From: the human T2T-CHM13v2.0 reference genome, Homo sapiens
Direction: 5' to 3' (one strand)
Assembly: GCF_009914755.1 (NCBI RefSeq)
Contig: NC_060928.1
Length of the DNA stretch: 64,000 bases
Shown: in pieces, positions 47,020-61,880 of the stretch
Layout: each line of letters opens with the position of its first letter
Numbering within the stretch: position 1 is the first letter of the stretch
Program-made: the position numbers and the translations under genes
Notes under the pieces: model-generated
Told to the model about the DNA's origin: nothing
Databases searched by the model: none
The model's input: the letters and a program-made list of their open reading frames with translations, nothing else

Positions 47020-47248
47020 AATGTTACATATTAAGCAACTCCCATTTTTACCAGCTCTATATTTATAAATTATTCTATCATTTACAATATAAATTTAAAA
47101 TCATGGTTATGCCTCCCTAAGCACTACTGGCTATGCAGTTATAAAACCAAACTCCATAATACTGCAGAACACTGTACAATAAAATATCTACACAATACTG
47201 TGCAAATAACATTTGAAAAATAGATCATATTTTTGATATGGAATAGGT

Positions 47249-47320
47249 TCTATATATATATGTTTAGATATAACACACAACATATATATATACACACACA
47301 TACATATACATACACATACT
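47249..47320. repeat. (TA)n/(CA)n microsatellite
   Basis: Visible dinucleotide tract. Confidence 0.8.
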
Positions 47321-48837
47321 TATCTAGAGAATAAAGTAAATGAATAGTGAGCTAAAAATAAAATGTAGGGCTTCCTCACTGTCAGTCTCACTTTCAGTGA
47401 AAATTAGACTGTCAGTTTTATTGACAAGTGTCCTGGAAACAGTTTTGAATTCAACAAATTACAGTTTTTATAGGAATAATATCAAGTATATGGGAATATT
47501 TAAGCATTTGGCTATTTAGTTTAAAGATCACAGTGGAAGAAGCTGTGACATTATATTAATTGCTGAAATATTTCTTGGTTCTTTAAAAAATAATGTTTTC
47601 TATATTTTAGAATTATTCATTAATTTGAGTAGTAAACCTCTAACATTCAAAAAGAATAAACTAATAACCTGAAATATATTCAGTAAAAATAAGTTATATT
47701 TCATTTTGCAGTATTTGCCATTTCTATGTGTTCTTCTATCCAACCTTCAAAATGTTAATCCCAGTGTCTCCTCCTGGAATTTTTTTTCTAATCTATATTT
47801 CCTACTAAACTATGAGATACAAAAGAGTGGGAGGCATTTTATCTTCTAAATCTGGCTCAATGCCTGGCCTTACTGAGTATTCAGTAGCTATTTTTCAATA
47901 AATGAATATGCTTATTATATAGCTATTATTCTAATCTCCACTAACAGTATAGTCCATTTGATCAAGTAATCCTTTTAGAGAATTTGGCTTTTTATGAATC
48001 TTTAATTCATAGAGTATGAATGTTGATATTGTTATTCAATCAGAAAATTACTTCAAAAAATGTATATTTGTTTTTTTTCCTGCTTTGATCCTCCAGAATT
48101 TTACTCATCCTGTTTTTAAAATTATAAATCTCACCTGCCTAATGCATGTTGTAATTATCTTTATTGTGCTATTAGGAATAGGCTTAACATTTCTGGTTAC
48201 TATAAATTATATAAAAGCAACACAACTTTGCAACTTACATTTGATGCATAATTTTGAAAATCAGTTATTTCTCCTGTATTTAATAATTAGAAGAAGAACT
48301 ACATTTTATGTTTTAGAGATACTTTGTTTGAATACAAATACCTTAAAATATAGTATATTTCAAAACAGTAATATTGTTGTCACAGATGAGAATATCTATT
48401 GGAAATAGTGATATAATTCTTGGCATACTCTCGCAATAGCTTATATTATGTTTAGAAAATAATGCCCTGGTGGAAGTCAGCTGGCTGACCCACGACCTAC
48501 AAGGACACAATATAATGGAATGGGTGTTACATTTCAGAGCTAAGTATACATGTTTGTAGGTCAGGCAACTTGATTTTGTTAGTCTTCCGAGGTGATCCAG
48601 CTCTTTTCCACTGACTCATTTTTGTTGAAATCCCATTAATATAATATTCAGAATGACTGTTTTCTTCAAAGTACTATAATCAATCTAACCTGTGCTTGCT
48701 ACCCAGAATGTCTATTTATGATGGACAAGACGCGTGAAGAATGATTATTATTGAAAGTCATCTTTAAGAAGAAAAACAAGGGGAGTTAGTGATCTTTAAG
48801 ACTATAAATCTGATAGCCTGATGATACAGCTTCTGAA

Positions 48838-49050
48838 TTAAAGTCTGGCAAATTAGGGCCTGCAGGCCAAATCCAGTCTGTTGCTTAAATGTGTGCAGAC
48901 AACCCAGATAGTAATTGTTTATACATTTTAAGATGGCTGAAACAATCAAAAGAAGAATAATATTCCCCAACACGTAAAATTTGTATAAAATTCAAATTTC
49001 AGTGTCCGAAAATAAAGTTTTATAGGAACACATCCATACTCATGCATTTA
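48838..49050 (+). mobile_element. MER58 (hAT-Charlie) fragment
   Basis: ggcaaattagggcctgcaggccaaatcc...aataaagttttataggaacaca. Confidence 0.8.
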
Positions 49051-49988
49051 GAAAGTGGAGAAGACAGGCTTTAAAACAAGGCCAAATGACTCCAGCGCCT
49101 GTAATCCTAATCACTGTGCTACATAATTAAAAAATACATAATAAATATGTCCTGACTTTACATGATGGATGTTAAATTTTAAATTAGTTAACATTCAATA
49201 AGAATATTGCATAACTGTGTTATCAACATACTCTTGTTAGCCTTTATCTTTTATATATATTTTAAAGTAGAGCTTTACAAAAAGTAAAATGTCCAAGTTA
49301 TTTAAATTTTATCTAATTTTAGTAAAATATTTATTGCATTCAACACTATCATAGCACTAATTAAAGATTTTGGTTCTGTGAAAAGATTAGGTAATGGAAA
49401 TTATACCCTTTTCCCTATTTGGTCTTATTCTAATAAGTGAGAAAAAACATTTACACTTGTAAGTTATTTTCACCTCAGTGCTTTTAGCAACATTTGCAAG
49501 TACAGAATAAATGCTATAAATTAAATTTCCTGCATAAATTGTGTTACCTAATTGTTACTGACTGACATAAATAAAGTTTTAACTTCACATTTAAACATGC
49601 ATTTTCTATTTTCTCAGATGTATGTTTTAATGCTTTAATTTTCTCTATTTTGCAATTTTGGTAAAAAATAAAATCTGGTTTTTATATAGTAAAAGTTGAT
49701 ATATATATATATACACAACTTAAATCCCAAGCTAGATGTTAAAATCTAAACGTAAAAATAAATAAATATTGGTAACAATTTTGTTGCTTTTGTACTTTCA
49801 AAGTATTATAATTAAGATTAAAGCCACTTAAAAATAAAAGATTAAAAACATGATTTTCCATAAAGAATACATCTCTAGATACAATTAAACAATTTAAATC
49901 TAGGGGACAATAGCATTTACTGAAGAAGATGGTTTCACTCAGTATTAATTCAGTAATCACTGCGTTAACTTCTCTATTAACACTTAAC

Positions 49989-50488
49989 TGTGTTAAGGTC
50001 TCTATTGCTGTTACCACAAATTGAGTGGCTTACATCAACACAAATTTGTTGTCTTACGGTTCTATAGATGAGTAATTCAACATTGGTCTACCTAGAGTAA
50101 ATCATGCTGTCAGCAGGGTGTGTTCCCTTTCATAGGTTCTAGGGGAGAATCCGTTTCCTTGCCTTTTCCAGCTCCTAAACTTTGCCACATTCCTTAGCTC
50201 AAGGCCCCTTCCTCCAATGTAAAAACCAGCAATATTGTATCTCTGTCTGCATTTCTTTCATAGTCACATCTTTCTTACTCCTCTTATGCCCCATTCCTTC
50301 CCCTTAGAAACCTGGCAATTTCATTGTGCCTGGCTACATAATGAAAGATAATCTCCCTATTTTAAGGTCAGCTGATTAGCAAGTGTACTTTCATACTCTA
50401 ATTCCTCTTTGCCAATAACATAACATATTCATAGGATCCAGGTATTAACATGTGGATCTCTTTGGGGAGACAATTCTGTTCACCACCA
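49989..50488 (-). mobile_element. MLT1D-like MaLR LTR
   Basis: ctaggggagaatccgtttccttgccttttccagctcct...gataatctccctattttaaggtcagctgattagcaa. Confidence 0.85.
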
Positions 50489-51639
50489 TAACTTATCCTT
50501 GGTTTCAAATTAAACCTTACAGATTCTAGATTCTTTCATTCAAGCAAAGTGGCAACTATCAATATTTCTTTCTGTTTATTAATTTTTCTCTTTGTTTTGA
50601 CTTTTATATATGGTGGATCCACTGTAGTGGCAAATTCCATGATGGGACAAGGTAGGGTAAGTATAGAGTTAGTGATTGGCACTTAGCTGATCCTCTATTC
50701 TCTCTCTCTGGACCTCCACATCAATTCATTTTAATAATATTTTCAACAGTGTTCAAGACACATAAATAAGGAATATTTCATAGGGACTTTACCTTAATGA
50801 AAAAGAAAGAGAAAAACTATTGATCAAGTTTGCTAAGGTGCCTTTATTGGCAAAATGTAGATGCGGGTCAGGGTCTAAAAGTATGAAAGGTGCATTTGGG
50901 GAAAGGAAAACATATTAACAACATTTTGAATTGTCACTTACATTGGTCTAAGTCAACTTGTTGACACAATTCCTGTAATCAAAAGGAGAGAAATTATGAA
51001 TAAAAGTAGTAGCATAAGATCAGCCAATGTCTGAAACAAAACACCCTAAATCTTCTGAAAAACTCAGAAGGTTGGAGAAACCCCACTGTCCTCGCTCTGA
51101 GAACATGTGTATAAGCCAACCAAAACAGAGCAGATGTGCCTTCCAGAATGTGGAAAACAGTCAATTTAGATGTAGTCAGAGGGATTTAGCCAGCTCGTCC
51201 ATCTTACAGAAAGCCTCTTGTCTCTATATGAGGTATTACCATGTCTCAGCAAAGTTTCTCCTTGCCCTCTCCTATAAAACTGAGGCAAATCAGAATTTGT
51301 CTAAAAATAGAAGCCATGGTGGATTTCAGTACATTAGATAACGTGAACAAAACCATATAATATTTGTGGAATTCTAGCTTCTTTTTACCTGTAAGCCTAT
51401 TCTCTTTCAGTTGGATGTTTTCAAGATCCCCTAGCATCAGGAACCTATCATGCATACTTGTCTATTCTGAGCTAGTGCCTTTTGCAGTATGCTGTTTCCT
51501 TTGACCTGGTTAGAATTTATGACTCTGTTGTTCCCAGGAACACTGCGCCTTGAGATTTCCCCAGAGTCCACTTCTGTCTGCAGATAGAATGGACAGCCCA
51601 GTCTCACACTCCACTGGTCTATTGCTTACTGAATAAGGA

Positions 51640-53442
<1,803 letters not shown>

Positions 53443-53611
53443 TCACGGCCTACCATAAAGACCCTAGAATTCAAATGATATAGTATTTATCCTTTTATAC
53501 AAAACTAGTAAAATACAAAACCAAGTTCACAAGTAATTTAAGTAACTACAATGACAAACAGTGAACCTATATTCAAACTAATGGGTAATCCTGCCATATT
53601 TTCATTAATGC

Positions 53612-53997
53612 TAGTAGAAGACTTCTGGGTCAGAGATGAAAGATAGTATATTTCTCACAGCAATAACAGTAGTCGCAGCAGCATTATTTGTGTCTATTCC
53701 TCAAATCCAAATTTCCACAAAACAACGTAAAAATAGACAGATGATGTCTGCTCTCAAAAGGGGTTGGCCTACAGGAGGATAACCCTGAGCATAGAAACCC
53801 AAATCTTTTATAATAGAAAGCAAACATAGCAGTCCTTTGCTCCAAGGGGAGATGTTTCTGTCCCCCAAATTTGTTTGCTATGCAAATATCCTTAAAAAGA
53901 CACAGAAATGCAGGCACCTGCGAATAATTGTGTCTAAACAAATTCATTTGGGAATTTAATTTATTATAAATACAATGTCTTACATCTATGGGCAACA
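53612..53997 (-). mobile_element. ERV1-class LTR (MER31/MER67/MER90-like)
   Basis: agacttctgggtcagaga...aaccctgagc...cctttgctccaaggggagatg motifs. Confidence 0.55.
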
Positions 53998-54089
53998 AAG
54001 AATTATTAAGTTAAATGATACTGAGGGAAGTGTATAACTATTGGTTAGAAGATATCATTGGTTCTGTAACTTACACTAAATAAATTCCT

Positions 54090-54412
<323 letters not shown>

Positions 54413-54731
54413 ATTCCCAACTCATTCGAGATCTAAATGCAAAATTGAAACCATTGATTTAGCTGAGGAAAAAGCACAAAATTCCTTTATACTGAGGGAT
54501 AGATAAAGCCTTTCTTTGCTCAAACTCTGGAAGCAATAAAGGAAAATATCAATAATGTTTAGTATATAAAATTTAAAACTTTGTATAGCAAAATATGACA
54601 GCAGTGGTCCTAACTGCTGCAGCAGCATGACTTACAGGCAAGGACTCCTGGCTCCTTGCTCAAGGAAAAAGTTTTCAACCACAGCATCACCTGGCAAAGT
54701 AGAGATTTCCTGCAGTTAACAATACTGTGAA

Positions 54732-55640
54732 GCACTGCATAATGACGTTTTGATCAGCGACAGACCACATGTATTATGATGGTCCCATAAGATTAGAATG
54801 AAGTTGAAAAATTTCAGTCACCTTGTGGTATCATAACGCAATGCATTACTCATGTCTTTGTATTTGTGCTGGTGTTAACAAACCTACTGTGCTGCCATTC
54901 ATATAAAAGTATAGCACATAAAAATATGTACAGTATATAATATGTGATAGTGATAATAAATGACTATGTTACTGGTTTTTGTACTTAACATTATTTTGGA
55001 GAATACTCCTATTTATTAAAAAAAAAAAGTTAATTGTAGAACAGCCTCCGGCAGGTCCTTCAGAAGGTATTCCAGAAGAAGGCATTGTTATCATAGGAGA
55101 TGACAGCTCCATGGCTGTCGTTGCCCGTGAAGACTTTCCAGTGGGAAAAAATGTGGAGGTGGAAGACAGTGATATTGATGATGCTGACCCTGTGTAGGCC
55201 TAGGCCAATGTGTGTGTTTGTGTCTTTGTTTTCAGTAATACATTTTTAAAACTACACTTTGTTGTTTACTTATAGAATAATTATTCTATGAGGATAGACT
55301 TATAGAATAATTATTCTATGAGGATAGACTTATAGAATAATTATTCTATGAGGATAGACTTATAGAATAATTATTCTATGAGGATAGACTTATAGAATAA
55401 TTATTCTATGAGGATAGACTTATAGAATAAGGGTAAAAAAGAAAAAGATATTTTTATACAGGTGTAAAATGCATTTGTATTTTAAGCTATGTTATTACAA
55501 AATATTTTAAGAAGTTAAAAATATCTTTAAATTATATAAAGTAAAAAGTTACAGTAATCTAAGGTTAATTTATTATTGCAGAAAGAAATTTTTCAAATAT
55601 ATTTATTGTAACCTAAATGTTCAGTGTTTATAACTTCTAG
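54732..55640 (+). mobile_element. Tigger3 (Golem, Tigger3b-like) DNA transposon
   Basis: gcataatgacgttttgatcagcgacagaccacat...gatggtcccataagatta; ggcaggtccttcagaaggtattccagaagaaggcattgttatcataggagatgacagctcc. Confidence 0.85.
55268..55430. repeat. Perfect 30-bp minisatellite (5 full copies plus a 13-bp partial), each unit with an 18-bp palindrome
   Basis: Unit ACTTATAGAATAATTATTCTATGAGGATAG repeated without mismatch. Confidence 0.97.
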
Positions 55641-56724
55641 AGGTTTTTTATTTTGATTGGATACTGCATTCAATTAAAAAGCATGAACTATCAAAGTGAA
55701 TTGAAACTATCAATGTGCATATGTGATTTTTAAAATTCTAACTTCACTTACTGAGAGAACATGAAAGCAATAATATCTCATCTTGAATATCACTTCATCG
55801 TAACACAATTTCATTGCTAAATAATATGCCCACTCTAAGTTATCAGGATTCATTAAAGAAATAGCTTATTCTATTCTGTGTCAGGGAATGTTCATGGTGA
55901 AACTGAGAAATATTAGTGTAACAGAAAACAAAGGGATGCAAAAATCTAAGGAAATCATATAAAAAAGGCAGAGGAGTGGCTTGAAAAATGTTGTACCATT
56001 GTACAAAGATGGGACTGTCATTCTGCTGAAGCATTTTTAGTTTTAAATAAAATGTTTTATATAATTTTAATGACAAAAAGAAAAGTATTTGAAATAAAAC
56101 ACACAAATTCTTACAAAACACCTTAGAAATAATGGTAGCTCACAGTTGCCAGGAATAAATTGTGTTGTTTATTATTGTATCTTAACAAAAAGGAAGGGAG
56201 GAAAGGAAGGAGAGATCAAGATTGCTTTTCATAGACTTTAATAGCCATGCCCCTCCTTGTGAAAAAAAAAAAGAAAAAGAAAAAGGAAATAAAGTTATAC
56301 AAATAAAACTAGATAAGACTAGATTGCATCTTTGTTCATTAACCAAATCTAGAACATTAGGTTGGTAAGCTTAAGAGAGGTAATTTAAAATATATTCAAA
56401 GGAATATTGTTCACATGTCATATTAAGTATATTCCTAGCAGAGATGGTGGAATCTGAGATTATAAAAGGCATAAAAATTGAAGTTTGGCCAGAAAATGCA
56501 GTCACTATATCAAGCAAATAAAAAATCACTGGGCTGAGACAAACCAAATCCTGTAGTAAAACGAAGAAAGTGATTTCTATTTCTTTGGTTCAAAGAATGA
56601 TTATTTAATTTATAGTCAATATCAGAGGAAAGAGGAAGATAAATAGAGAAAAGAGGAGGAAGGAAAAATAACATATCTTAAAACCAAAGTCATCTCACAA
56701 AAATATGGAAGGACTTCACTCTTC

Positions 56725-56870
56725 ATAACTAGATAAAGGAGAGTTTTGATTTTTACTATTAGCTATGTAGCCTTCAATATTATTTTACCCTCAGTCAGCT
56801 CAGTTTTTCTCCTGTGAAAAATGTGAGTGATACTAATTCAAGCACATGCTAATGTGTAACAGAAGTAAAC
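56725..56870 (+). mobile_element. MIR
   Basis: attagctatgtagcctt...ctcagtttttctcctgtgaaaaatg. Confidence 0.55.
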
Positions 56871-57029
56871 ATCACAGTAAAACAGTACTACCATTTTACA
56901 CTAAAAGGAGTGGCATAAACAAAAGTGATATTGAGTTCTAGAGAAAATAGAGATTTCTTGAATTTATTCAAATTGTTTAGTGCTTTTGGAGGGTTTCCAA
57001 AAATTCTCTATTAATCTCTCCTTTATTAG

Positions 57030-57195
57030 TTTCTTACAGCAATCACAGGAAGTACATGAGAACAGAAATTCTTATCCTCATTTAAAAAAAAAAATGAGTA
57101 AAGCTTAGGAAAATGACCTTAGGGAATACCCAAGATCACAGGCTAGCTAAGTGAAGTTGGGAATCATTTTTTTGACTTCATGTTTCTTCCTACTT
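57030..57195 (-). mobile_element. MIR
   Basis: ttatcctcattt...cccaagatcacaggctagctaagtg. Confidence 0.6.
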
Positions 57196-57569
57196 AAATG
57201 TCCAGTAGCCATAAAGCGGACACAGCAATATTCAAATTCATGTTGACTTCTTTTTTTCCCCCCTAAATCAACCCACAAAGATACTATCCGAGTTATTCTA
57301 CGAATAAAACCCCATCTAGAAATTTTCATTCTGTCATCCTCCTATTACAAAAAAGAGAAGACTCAGTGACTTGGCCATTTAAAAGTTGATTGTTCTGCTT
57401 GGAGTAGTAATTTTAGCATGTATTGAACAGTTCTTGACAGGAGAATAAACTTTCCATGTTTAAGTTGTAACAATTTTAGAAAAAAGCAAATTACTTATGT
57501 AAATAAAAATTACATATTTAATTTAAATTATGTATTTACAGAAGCCCCACATGTGTGGTTTTGCTTTCC

Positions 57570-57918
57570 ATGTTTCCTTGAGAAGAAAGTGTGTTCTGCT
57601 GCTGTTGGATGATATGTTTTGTATATTTCTGATAGGTTCATTTGACCTACAGTGTTGATCAAGTCCATTATTTCCTTATTTATTTTTTGTTTGAATCTCC
57701 CATCCATAATTAGAAGTAGAATATTTTAGCTTCCTGCTATTATTTAATTGCTATTTGTCTCTTTAGTTTTTTTCACCATGTGCTTTATATGCTTTATGTT
57801 AGTTGTACATGTATTTATAATTTATATATTTCTAATTAATTGTTGCTTTTATGTTTACATAATGTTTTTCTTTCTCTCTTATGACAGTTTTTGAGTTAAA
57901 GTCTATTTTTGTGATACA
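57570..57918 (-). mobile_element. Old L1M ORF2 EN-region fragment
   Basis: cttgagaagaaagtgtgttctgctgctgttggat...ttaaagtctatttttgtgata. Confidence 0.7.
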
Positions 57919-57919
57919 A

Positions 57920-60502
57920 AAATGACCAGTAATGATGACCATTTTTTCAAATGTTTGTTGGCTGCATAAATGTCTTCTTTTGAGAAGTGTCTGTTCATAT
58001 ACTTTGCCCACTTTTTGATGGGGTTCTTTGTTTCTTTTCTTGTAAATTTGTTGAAGTTCTTTGTAGATTCTGGATATTAGCCCTTTGTCAGATAGATAGA
58101 TTGCAAAAATTTTTTCCCACTCTGTAGGCTGCCTGTTTATTCTGATGATAGTTTCTTTTGCTGTGCAGAAGCTCTTTAGTTTAATTAGATCCCATTTGTC
58201 AATTTTGGCTTTTCTTACCATTGCTTTTGGTGTTTTAGTCATGAAGTCTTTGCCCATGCCTATGTCTTGAATGGTATTTCCTAGGTTTTCTGGTAGGGTT
58301 TTATGGTTTTAGGTCTTATGTTTAAGTCTTTAATCCATCTTGAGTTCATTTGAGGTGTCAGAAAGGGATCCAGCTTCAGTTTAGTTTCCTGCATATGGCT
58401 AGCCAGTTTTGCCAACACCATTTGTTAAATGGGGAATCCTTTTCTCAATGCTTGTTTTTGCCAGATTTGTCAAAGATCAGATGGTTGTAGATGTGTGGTG
58501 TTATTTCTGAGGGCTCTGTTCTGTTCTATTGTTTTAGTACCAGTACCATGCTGTTTTGGTTACTTAGCCTTGTAGTATAGTTTGAAGTCAGGTAGTGTGA
58601 TGGCTCCAGCTTTGCTCTTTTTGTTTAGGATTTTCTTGGCTATGTAGGTTCTTTTTTGGGTCCATGTGAACTTTAAAGTAGTTTGTTCAATTCTGTGAAG
58701 AAAGTCAATGGTAGTTTGATGGGGTTAGCATTGAATCTATAAATTGCTTTGGTCAGTATGGCCATTTTTATGATATTGATTCTTCCTATCCATGAGAATG
58801 GAATTTTGTCACAGGCCTTTTCTGCATCTATTGAGATAACCAATCCGTTTTTGTCATTGGTTCTGTGTAAGTGATGGATGAAGTTTAGTGATTTGCATAT
58901 GTGGAACCAGCCTTGCAACCCTGGAATGAAGCTGACTTGATTGTGGTGGATAAATGTTTTTGATGTGCTGCTGGATTCAGTTTGCCAGTATTTTACTGAG
59001 GATTTTCGCATTGATGTTCATCAGGGATATTGGTCTAAAATTTTCTTTTTTTTTGTTGTGTCCCTCTTTTTCTCTTGTTTCGAATAGTTTCAGAAGGAAT
59101 GGTACCAGTTCCCCTTTGCACCTCTGGTAGAATTCAGCTGTGAATCCGTCTGGTCCTGGACTTTTTTAGGTTGGTAGGCTATTAATTACTGCCTCAATTT
59201 CAGAACCTGTTATTGGTCTATTCAGGGATTTGACTTCTCCCTGGTTTAGTCTTAGAAGGGTGTATGTGTCCATGTCCAGGAATTTATCCATTTCTTCTAG
59301 ATTTTCTAGTTTATTTGCATAGAGGTGTTTATAGTATTCTCTGATGGTAGTTTGTATTTCTGTGGGATTACTGGTTATATCCTCTTTATCATTTTGTATT
59401 GCATCTATTTGATTCTTCTCTCTTTTCTTCTTTATTAGTCTGGCTGGCGGTCTATCTATTTGTTGATCTTTTCAAAAAACCAGCTCCTGGTTTTGTTGAT
59501 TTTTTGAAGGGATTTTTATGTCTCTATCTCCTTCAGTTCTGCTCTGATCTTAGTAATTTCTTGTCTTTTGCTAGCTTTTGAATTTGTTTGCTCTCGCTTC
59601 TCTAATTCTTTTAATTGTGACATTAGGGTGTCGACTTTACATCTTTCCTGCTTTCTCTTGCGGGCATTTAGTGCTATAAACTTCCCTCTATATGCTGCTT
59701 TATATGCGTCACAGTGATTCCGGTTCATTGTGTCTTTGTTCTCATTGGTTTCAAAGAACATCTTTATTTCTGCCTTCATTTTGTTATTTACCCACTAGTC
59801 ATTCGGGAGCAGGTTGTTCAGTTTCCATGTAGTTGTGTGGTTTTGAGTGAGTTTCTTAATTCTGAGTTCTAATTTGATTGCACTGTGGTCTGAGAGACTG
59901 TTATGATTTCAATTCTTTTACATTTGCTGAGGAATGTTTTGCTTCCAATTATGTGGTCAACTTTAGAATAAGTGTAATGTGGTGCAGAGAAGAATGTATA
60001 TTCTGTTGATTTGGGGTGGAGAATTCTGTAGATGTCTATTTGGTCCAGAGCTGAGTTCAAGTCCTGGATATCCTTGTTAATTTTCTGTCCGTTGATCTAA
60101 TATTGATAGTGGGGTGTTAAAGTATCCCACTATTATTGTGTGGGAGTCTAAGTCTCTTTGTAGGTCTCTTAGAACTTGCTTTATGAATCTGGGTGCTCCT
60201 GTACTGGGGGCATATATATTTATGATAGTTAGCTCTTCTTGTTGCATTGATCCCTTTACCATTATGTAATGACCTTCTTTGTTTTTGATCTCTGTTGATT
60301 TAAAGTCTGTTTTATCAGAGACTAGGATTGCAAACCCTGCTTTTTTTTGCTCTCCATTTGCTTGGTAAATCTTCCTTCATCCCTTTATTTTGATCCTATG
60401 TGTCTCTTTGCACGTGAGATGGGTCTCCTGAATACAGCACACCAAAGTGCAGTATCTGGGCCAGAACGCACCGTTCCTCCCGGTAGTCTCTCACAGCTCC
60501 GC
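57920..60502 (-). mobile_element. L1PA7/8-like fragment lacking 3'UTR and polyA, with several internal deletions and a 5'UTR piece
   Basis: ORF2 peptides [41 protein letters not shown]; 5'UTR-like agtgcagtatctgggccagaacgcaccgttcc at 60446-60500. Confidence 0.9.
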
Positions 60503-60509
60503 TTTCATG

Positions 60510-60695
60510 ATTCTGAGGCACTTATAGGATTCACTTCATTTGTTTCCTGTCTTTGGGAGATTACTGTTTTTTTCACTAGTTTATGTCCAATGTTTTAATT
60601 GTCATCATAACATATTTTGTCCAATTTCTTATTGTTTCAGATAGAACTAAGCAAGTCCCTTTTATTCTACTTTGTATAAAAGTATAAGTTCCAGT
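60510..60695 (-). mobile_element. Old L1M extreme 5'-end fragment
   Basis: ttcatttgtttcctgtcttt...catattttgtccaatttcttattgtttcag resembles reversed L1ME/MD 5' termini. Confidence 0.5.
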
Positions 60696-60794
60696 TTAAC
60701 ATTTTTTATCTTTCTCAATATATAGATAGATATAAATATTAGACTAAGATATGTATGAACAGATACATAATTTAATATTAACAAGAAGAATGCC

Positions 60795-60890
60795 TTGGAA
60801 AGATGATACATCACAAGCCAGTTGTAGTGTGCATATATATTTATGTAGTTTCATACACGACAACTGGCTTGTGGTGTATCATCTTACCAA
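60795..60890. repeat. Inverted repeat: 36-bp arms (33/36 complementary), 24-nt loop
   Basis: ttggaaagatgatacatcacaagccagttgtagtgt versus acacgacaactggcttgtggtgtatcatcttaccaa. Confidence 0.95.
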
Positions 60891-61024
60891 TCTATTTTTC
60901 TTGTTACTCTCAAATTAAATAGAGTTGTATTTTCACAAAATAATTTTGGTTCGAGAGAAGTAATGGTTATAGTAATGCATAAATTTAATTTTTGCGCCTT
61001 ATTTTTTATTCATATCAACTCTTT

Positions 61025-61315
61025 TTTTTTTTTTTTGAGACGGAGTTTTGCTCTTGTTGCCCATGCTGGAGTGCAATGGCACGATCTCGGCTCACCACAA
61101 CCTCCGCCTCCCAGGTTCAAGCAATTTTCCTCCCTCAGCCTCCTGAGTAGCTAGGATTATAGGCATGCACCACCACGCCCGGCTAATTTTGTATCTTTAG
61201 TAGAGATGGGGTTTCTCCATGTTGAGGCTGTTCTCAAACTCCTGACCTCAGGTGATCCACCCACCTCGGCCTCCCAAAGTGCTGGGATTACAGGCGTGAG
61301 CCACTGCGCCCAGCC
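61025..61315 (-). mobile_element. AluSp/Sq
   Basis: gctcttgttgccc, gtgcaatggc, ctccatgtt diagnostics; TSD caactcttt at 61016-61024 and 61316-61324. Confidence 0.94.
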
Positions 61316-61434
61316 CAACTCTTTGTTTATAGAGAACAATAATTCCTCAATTACTGAGAACTTGAAATATTCTAGGTATTTCAAATTTAAAGTATTAAAT
61401 TTTATGTAATCTCACAACTAAAATTTTTTTAAAT

Positions 61435-61715
61435 GATTTATTTATTTTTTTCTGAGGAACAGGGTCTCACTCTGGCCCAGTCTGGAGTGCAGTGGCATAA
61501 TCATAGCTCCCTGCAGCGCTGAACTCCTAGACTCAAGCAATCCTCCTGCTTCAGCCTCCTGATTTGCTAGGACTACAGGCTTGCACCACGATGCCTAATT
61601 TTTTTTTTAATTTTTTGTAAAGATAGGGATCTCTCTATGCTGCCCAAGCTAATCTTGAGCTCCTGTGCTCATGCAGTTTTCCTGCCCGTCTTCCAAAGCA
61701 CTGAGATTATAGGCA
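61435..61715 (-). mobile_element. AluJ
   Basis: acagggtctcactct...atcatagctccctgcagc...ctcaagcaatcctcct. Confidence 0.88.
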
Positions 61716-61754
61716 AGAAAAAACAAAACAGTAACAATCCAACAAACCAGAAGC

Positions 61755-61860
61755 ATAGACAATTTAAATGATATGCTCAAGATTATAGAGTAATACATGC
61801 CAACCTTTGGACTTGAACTCATACAGCATAACTCAAAACCTTATCCTTACTCTTTGGTGC
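61755..61860 (-). mobile_element. MIR fragment
   Basis: atgatatgctcaagattatagag...ggacttgaactc. Confidence 0.45.
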
Positions 61861-61880
61861 TATATTTACTGCTTCCGTAT

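Noticed and set aside
48016-48408. 130-aa hydrophobic ORF as a membrane protein
   Set aside because: Composition (F, I, L, N, K) simply reflects AT-rich DNA; no recognisable homology or gene structure.
51027-51341. 104-aa ATG-initiated ORF
   Set aside because: No recognisable domain or splice context; length is within chance expectation for a 64-kb window.
54979-55197. 72-aa acidic ORF as a host gene
   Set aside because: Lies inside the Tigger3 element; non-ATG start; no independent gene signals.
55268-55430. CRISPR-like array (30-bp palindromic repeats)
   Set aside because: Units are head-to-tail and identical with no unique spacers; no cas genes; primate transposon context.
60430-60470. 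Spliced L1 (SpIRE) explanation for the 5'UTR-to-ORF2 junction
   Set aside because: By my recall of the consensus, the skipped segment does not start with GT or end with AG at this junction; the other jumps show microhomology instead.
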